Shown here: piece by piece, positions 59,225 through 64,000 of the stretch
How the letters are laid out: the number at the start of each line of letters is the position of its first letter
How positions within the stretch are numbered: the stretch's first letter is position 1
IMG/VR virus record: IMGVR_UViG_3300023313_000001
Span: 165,508-229,507 of that record
DNA: 64,000 bases
Reading direction: 5' to 3' (one strand)
The notes under the pieces: model-generated
What the model was told of the DNA's origin: nothing
The model's input: only the letters and a program-made list of their open reading frames with translations
Databases searched by the model: none
Made by a program: the position numbers and the translations under genes

Positions 59225-60484
59225 TTACTCACTAAGCAACGCATTGCTTAAATACGAAGTAAACCCTTCCCCAGTCATAGATAATCTTTGAGATTTAACA
59301 AAAGCCTTAATATTATGCTCAACTTCACCCATCTCCATATCATCTACCTCAGCCCATCTTCCACCATCTTGACTACCATCATCAAAATTAACAAACTGAC
59401 CTGTCGCTAAATCATACTCAAAATCAAACTTAGACGGTATACTATCACCATCTTGCCCAGTTAAATACCCGTCGTAACCATGGCCAAATACAGTCTGACT
59501 AGATCGATCATACTCCAGCCCTGCAAAATCACTACTCTCCTCATTCTCCATACTTACATCATCTTTATCATAATCACTATAGTCAGTAGACATCGATCCG
59601 CCTTCATCCCGCGCCAAATCATTCTCATAAGAATCATCAATATCACTCCCATAATCCCTATCACCCTTCATCATCATGTCATCTTGAGCAAAATCTTCAG
59701 GATAATCACCGTCAGTTCCCTCAACACCATCACTTCCCATCTTGAAAGCCCTATCACCACCAGGCTTGACACGACCGTCAACTACTCCATTAGAATGCGA
59801 CGGCTTCGTAATATCCTTCTCAGCCCACTGACCATCATCAATGTCACCAAAGCTATCATACTCTGGCTCACTGTCACCATACTCAACTTCATAGTCAGGC
59901 TCATAATCCTTAGGCGCAAACTCCTCATTCTCATAATGATCAGGCTCATACTCTGGATTACCATCATACTCTGGCTCACTGTCACCATAATGATCAGGCT
60001 CGTAATCACTATTCTCCTCATTCTCGTACTCTACCTCCCCAACTCCATTAATAGGCAAATCATAATCATCTTGATTACTACTGCCAACCATTGCAGATGG
60101 CATAGACTGCCCAACATCATCCGAATAAGCACCCAAATTAGTAAAATAATCGTCAACGTCAAAACTCTCCAATTCCTCATTCTCAGCATCTACCTGATTC
60201 TGAACCAATCGATTGACAAATCCCCTGATCTTATTCAAATTACCCATCACACGCTGCGCATGCTTAACCTTCTCAGTACCAGCAGGCAACTTGTTAACAA
60301 AACCTAAACCACGCTTGGCAGCATCTAACATCTTAACCGCCTGCTCAATGTCCTTACTATCAAAATTGAGTCGCTCACTCAACGCAACTAAACACCTCGT
60401 GGCATTAAGAACACCCTCATGTAATAATACACTTCGCTCACTATCCTCAGCTAACTGTACCCCTTCCCATAACCCTTTTAACAT
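59225..60484 (-). CDS. Highly acidic late protein with YEPD/YGDSEPEY repeats (possible internal head protein)
   Basis: TATAAATA at 60518-60525(-), GGAG RBS; D/E/Y-rich repeats; ENEE motifs. Confidence 0.65.
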   Translation of the reverse strand: MLKGLWEGVQLAEDSERSVLLHEGVLNATRCLVALSERLNFDSKDIEQAVKMLDAAKRGLGFVNKLPAGTEKVKHAQRVMGNLNKIRGFVNRLVQNQVDAENEELESFDVDDYFTNLGAYSDDVGQSMPSAMVGSSNQDDYDLPINGVGEVEYENEENSDYEPDHYGDSEPEYDGNPEYEPDHYENEEFAPKDYEPDYEVEYGDSEPEYDSFGDIDDGQWAEKDITKPSHSNGVVDGRVKPGGDRAFKMGSDGVEGTDGDYPEDFAQDDMMMKGDRDYGSDIDDSYENDLARDEGGSMSTDYSDYDKDDVSMENEESSDFAGLEYDRSSQTVFGHGYDGYLTGQDGDSIPSKFDFEYDLATGQFVNFDDGSQDGGRWAEVDDMEMGEVEHNIKAFVKSQRLSMTGEGFTSYLSNALLSE

Positions 60485-60557
60485 CAATGTTCTCCAACAA
60501 TATTCTATATGTGCTCCTATTTATATAACAACTCTACATTTCATCCCTTTTTAGCAC

Positions 60558-60677
60558 CTATACATACGATAATATCGAAAATACTATCCATACCATCACT
60601 ATCGCAAACACCACAGGCACCACTACCGAAATAACCCCTAACAAACCCCTTATCATTCCATTTAATACTTTTATCAT
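60558..60677 (-). CDS. 39-aa hydrophobic peptide (below ORF-track cutoff)
   Basis: MIKVLNGMIRGLLGVISVVVPVVFAIVMVWIVFSILSYV; GGGAGG upstream. Confidence 0.4.
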   Translation of the reverse strand: MIKVLNGMIRGLLGVISVVVPVVFAIVMVWIVFSILSYV

Positions 60678-60732
60678 CCATCCTCCCAGACCAACCATGT
60701 AACCCTATTTACCGTCAATAAACTATAAACAT

Positions 60733-60764
60733 AAAAAAAGGGCGATATCTTTCAATATCACCCT
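60733..60764 (-). terminator. Intrinsic terminator
   Basis: agggtgatat..atatcgcccttttttt on minus strand. Confidence 0.75.
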
Positions 60765-60858
60765 CAGGTACTACTAAGGAGGCGCCTCAATCAATTAATG
60801 GCCAATCTCTTGAGACATAACTACCTTAACACATTACTATCATTGAGTCAACAATTAT

Positions 60859-61131
60859 CTAAAACCTACACATATACACATAACGCGCGTGACGATCGTT
60901 AATCCTTAACCACCTACTACTACCATACGCACCAATGATTACATCATACCTAGCACCATTAGTCGCCGTCAATGTACAATACACCACCCTATTAACATTA
61001 TTCCGCAAACTAACCCAATATACCGCAGCATTACCAACATAACCAACCCTTGTACTGGACGTTACTGCACCCAATACACTACCACTCACCATTAATACTA
61101 ATACTAATACTACCCTTATCCAAATCTTCAT
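60859..61131 (-). CDS. Small secreted protein
   Basis: AGGAG RBS; MKIWIRVVLVLVLMVSGSVLGA signal peptide; two Cys. Confidence 0.55.
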   Translation of the reverse strand: MKIWIRVVLVLVLMVSGSVLGAVTSSTRVGYVGNAAVYWVSLRNNVNRVVYCTLTATNGARYDVIIGAYGSSRWLRINDRHARYVYMCRF

Positions 61132-61284
61132 AACATAATCTCCTACATATGCAGTACTTATCAAAAAAACTCTATACAACTCAAAAATTTTTAGAAATTT
61201 TTTTGAATTAGACAATTTCAATATAAGAAATCGTTTCAAATCCATAATATAGGGAATTATATCACGATAATAACAGTTTTGGGT

Positions 61285-61364
61285 AACCAATAATTAGGAT
61301 AATCTTGAAAAAACTTTTGAACCAATAATTAGGATAATCTTGAAAAAACTTTTGAACCAATAAT
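61285..61364. repeat. 35-bp tandem direct repeat, 2.3 copies, non-coding
   Basis: aaccaataattaggataatcttgaaaaaacttttg twice plus aaccaataat. Confidence 0.9.
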
Positions 61365-61495
61365 GTTGCCCCTCGATCGTAGCACCCGTACGCAGGAAGT
61401 CAACAAAAAATTTATTATGTTAGGACAATCGAGATCCGGATGCTGATCTGAGCCTATGCCCCTACTATACAGCATGTTGACTTAGACTCATGAGT

Positions 61496-61726
61496 CTATA
61501 TATTGCTGTCATCCACATATGACTGTACATAATCCTCATCTGATGGACACAATGATCGAGACGACTCACATCCTAACACCCTGGTTTCCATCCATTCAAT
61601 GATATCTGCACGATCGGACATACTGTTTGATGTATCGAACACAAACTCATCAATTAGATCAAACAGTCTAGAATTGTCGTGGAAGCTGTCTCTAATTTCA
61701 GATGCCATAATTCTAACAGCTGTCAT
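61496..61726 (-). CDS. Small early protein
   Basis: AAGGAG RBS in promoter cassette; MTAVRIMASE.. Confidence 0.6.
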   Translation of the reverse strand: MTAVRIMASEIRDSFHDNSRLFDLIDEFVFDTSNSMSDRADIIEWMETRVLGCESSRSLCPSDEDYVQSYVDDSNI

Positions 61727-61790
61727 AATGGATCTCCTTAATGAATTAGACCCCATTATAATACAATAGGGTCTAAAGGTCAACGATTGT

Positions 61791-62051
61791 TTATATGTTC
61801 ATATCGCGAGTGGACTTGCGAATCTTTTCGAGAGCTCGCCAAACTGAGTGAAGTTGTTTACTTCTGTTTCTCACAAAAGCGATTGAAGCTTCCCCATCGC
61901 ATGATATGTTTTCGGGGCTAAGTTGACATTCAAGGCGTTGAAAGAATGGTTCACATTCTTCAGCATTGGTAGGTCTAACCAGTTCAGGTTGTTTAAAGTG
62001 TTTAGCTTCCCAACCGTTGAACTCATTAATATATTTGTTAAGTGCAGTCAT
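61791..62051 (-). CDS. Small early protein
   Basis: GAGGAG RBS; LSPENISCDGE motif. Confidence 0.65.
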   Translation of the reverse strand: MTALNKYINEFNGWEAKHFKQPELVRPTNAEECEPFFQRLECQLSPENISCDGEASIAFVRNRSKQLHSVWRALEKIRKSTRDMNI

Positions 62052-62112
62052 AATAGATCTCCTCAATGAATTAGACTACATTATAACCTAATTCCTTGAT
62101 TGGGTCAACAGG

Positions 62113-62481
62113 TTATTTCATTACGAATGTGTAGCGAGCTGGTATTGCTGGGAGCTTATCTTCCGTCCATCGTTTACCATTTACTGAGACCACTTCACCA
62201 TTTTTGACTTGAATGACGTGTTCAATATCGAGTTGTTCATCGGCGCATTTGTATCCCATGCCAGTATCGATTGTGTACGATGATATGTCACCTGACTTGA
62301 CTCCATAATCGGAATCGCATTGAGAGCCAGTTAGGAATAGAGGGACTTGTTTATCGTACCCATAATGACGAGTAGCGACTACGATTGTACAGTTAGGCTC
62401 TTCTCTAATTACTTTAGGAAGGCCAAGTTTGCGACCTGATGAAGTCATGTGATGAGCTTTCATGATATAAAAGTGTGACAT
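62113..62481 (-). CDS. Small early protein
   Basis: Own promoter cassette and RBS. Confidence 0.6.
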   Translation of the reverse strand: MSHFYIMKAHHMTSSGRKLGLPKVIREEPNCTIVVATRHYGYDKQVPLFLTGSQCDSDYGVKSGDISSYTIDTGMGYKCADEQLDIEHVIQVKNGEVVSVNGKRWTEDKLPAIPARYTFVMK

Positions 62482-62547
62482 TTGTTTCTCTCCTCAACGA
62501 ATTAGACCCCATTATAATACAATAGGGTCTAAAGGTAAACTATTAGT

Positions 62548-62832
62548 TTATCGTTCTACTAAGTCTTTAAGACCATCGATTTCATAATATACAACACAGT
62601 TTTCTGAATCTTCGATGAAATATTTATTACCATGTTTTCTACAACATGATTCATACAATTCATCAAACCCTTGTTCATCAACACCCATATCATATTCTTT
62701 ACTTACAGCAAATTTAATGAATTGTTCAAATTTAGTAAACTGTTCAGAACTGTCACAATCATTTATTATTAATGATACGTTACAATCATTGACACTACCA
62801 CCAACCAATATTTCCAATCGAACTACTAACAT
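62548..62832 (-). CDS. Small early protein
   Basis: Own promoter and GAGGAG RBS. Confidence 0.6.
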   Translation of the reverse strand: MLVVRLEILVGGSVNDCNVSLIINDCDSSEQFTKFEQFIKFAVSKEYDMGVDEQGFDELYESCCRKHGNKYFIEDSENCVVYYEIDGLKDLVER

Positions 62833-62964
62833 ACGTTATCTCCTCAGATTTAATTAACAAAGCCATTATAACATTTTACACCCTAAAGTACAACGATTAA
62901 ATGAGTTAATATAAATGAATAGGAGCAGCTTAGTTCAGCTGCTCCATCCACTCGTTGAGGTTAG

Positions 62965-63159
62965 TTACCTGGCAATGTAATCTGTTAGTGTTTTGATCAA
63001 CTCGACTGCTTGGGCTTTGTCCAGTTGGACGTATCCTGGAGTAGATAGTCCACCGAGTCCTTGAGTGAGTTGAAGTCGTGTAGTTTGACTAAAGTACCTT
63101 GTTACTGTAACCGGTTGTACGTCAGACGTAGATTCTAAAATTTTCAATTCTGTAGCCAT
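62965..63159 (-). CDS. Small early protein
   Basis: Own promoter cassette and RBS. Confidence 0.6.
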   Translation of the reverse strand: MATELKILESTSDVQPVTVTRYFSQTTRLQLTQGLGGLSTPGYVQLDKAQAVELIKTLTDYIAR

Positions 63160-63221
63160 TTGATTTATCTCCTCAACGAATTAGACCCTATCATATAACA
63201 ATAGGGTCTAAAGGTCAACGA

Positions 63222-63851
63222 TTACTTAAATGTAGATTTCTTGACAAATCGTAAAGCATCACCATCTTGGGTTACAGCTGCTAAGCAGATCTCGGGTGTT
63301 TGCTTTTTGACTAATTGTAAGGCGTACCCATGTTGAGTTACAGCTGCTAAGCAGATCTCTGGTGTTTGCTTTTTAACAGATTGTAAGGTGTAACTATCCT
63401 GAGTTACTGCTGCCAAGCAAATCTTATGCGTTTGCTGTTTAACGTATATTAATGCCTCACCACGCTTGGTTACTGCTAACATACAAATTGCTGGCGTTTG
63501 CTTTTTAACAAATCGCAAAGCCTCACCATCTGCAGTTACAGCAGCCATACAGATCTCTGGTGTTTGCTTTTGGACAAATTGTAGGGCGTAACCGTTTTGA
63601 GTTACAGCAGCCATGCATAGCTCTGGTGTTTGCTTTTTAACATATTGCAAAGCATAACTAGCTTGATGTACGGCAGCCATACATATTTCTGGCGTTTGTT
63701 TTTTGATAAATTGTAAGGTATACCCATGTCGGGTTACTGCAGCCAAACAACTTTCTGCAGTCTGGTCGAACATACCGTCCATTTTATCTTCACTTGTGGA
63801 TGGCGACAATGCGATTCGCTCCACATCCGCATACGTGATTTTTTTTGACAT
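63222..63851 (-). CDS. DUF4116-like repeat protein
   Basis: Eight 22-aa repeats QTPEICxAAVTQxGxALQFVKK; GAGG RBS. Confidence 0.8.
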   Translation of the reverse strand: MSKKITYADVERIALSPSTSEDKMDGMFDQTAESCLAAVTRHGYTLQFIKKQTPEICMAAVHQASYALQYVKKQTPELCMAAVTQNGYALQFVQKQTPEICMAAVTADGEALRFVKKQTPAICMLAVTKRGEALIYVKQQTHKICLAAVTQDSYTLQSVKKQTPEICLAAVTQHGYALQLVKKQTPEICLAAVTQDGDALRFVKKSTFK

Positions 63852-64000
63852 TTGATTTATTTCCTCAATGATCTTTTTGAATAAGGCGGCCAACACGGGG
63901 AAGTTACTTGAGGAGATGTCACCTCGTGTCAGCCTAAACTGGATTACCCTGTAAATACTAGTTTCAGGGCTCTTCCGTAATCGGAAGTTGTGTCGATCAA

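Larger units (their letters stand above)
61727..63222 (-). repeat. Five dispersed promoter/stem-loop/RBS cassettes (PeSL-like) at about 61727-61788, 62052-62110, 62482-62541, 62833-62898 and 63160-63222
   Basis: TTGACC-17-TATAAT(or TATGAT) with TTAGACCC..GGGTCTAA IR around the -10 box, then TTGAGGAG RBS; three copies nearly identical. Confidence 0.85.

Noticed and set aside
59480-60307. 275-aa plus-strand Ile/Leu-rich ORF
   Set aside because: Antisense shadow of the acidic repeat protein, produced by the strand composition bias; no RBS or motifs.
61285-63222. 35-bp repeat and dispersed promoter cassettes as a CRISPR array
   Set aside because: The 35-bp units are contiguous with no spacers; the cassettes are separated by whole genes and are promoters; no cas genes.
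63222-63851. DUF4116-like repeats as a diversity-generating retroelement TR/VR pair
   Set aside because: Differences are not confined to adenines and no reverse transcriptase is in the window.
1-64000. Stop-codon reassignment, tRNA or rRNA genes
   Set aside because: Core genes are full length in the standard code and use all three stops; no cloverleaf or T-loop signature seen by eye (a tRNA scan was not run).

Overview
A 64-kb segment of a large, AT-rich, T4-superfamily myovirus genome, probably a jumbo phage, read in the standard genetic code. No tRNA, rRNA or CRISPR array was seen. Layout from left to right: (1) tail and packaging core genes (gp15, gp18 sheath, gp19 tube, tube-like baseplate protein, gp4, TerS, TerL) interrupted by free-standing homing endonucleases; (2) virion fibre and structural genes; (3) replication and recombination genes (gp32, UvsX, UvsY, UvsW, clamp loader, GroES, and a miniature DnaE in two separate genes); (4) nucleotide and base-modification genes (kinase, Fe-SOD, DpdL/QueD-like, TGT/DpdA-like, dCTP deaminase/dUTPase, DEDDh exonuclease, QueE, Nudix); (5) a strongly G-poor stretch ending at a 35-bp tandem repeat, then an array of small minus-strand early genes each carrying its own stem-loop sigma70 promoter cassette. 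The most notable items are: a minimal intein-free two-piece Pol III-alpha with all three catalytic aspartates; a probable 7-deazaguanine DNA-modification pathway; a terminase that needs both cis-splicing (class-3 intein starting with Glu) and trans-splicing (atypical split intein around an endonuclease gene); a catalytically dead terminase-ATPase paralogue and a stand-alone sheath-domain paralogue (possible decoys); and five nuclease paralogues with a Mom-like GNAT C-terminal domain. All assignments come from motif recognition by eye. No database search was run.
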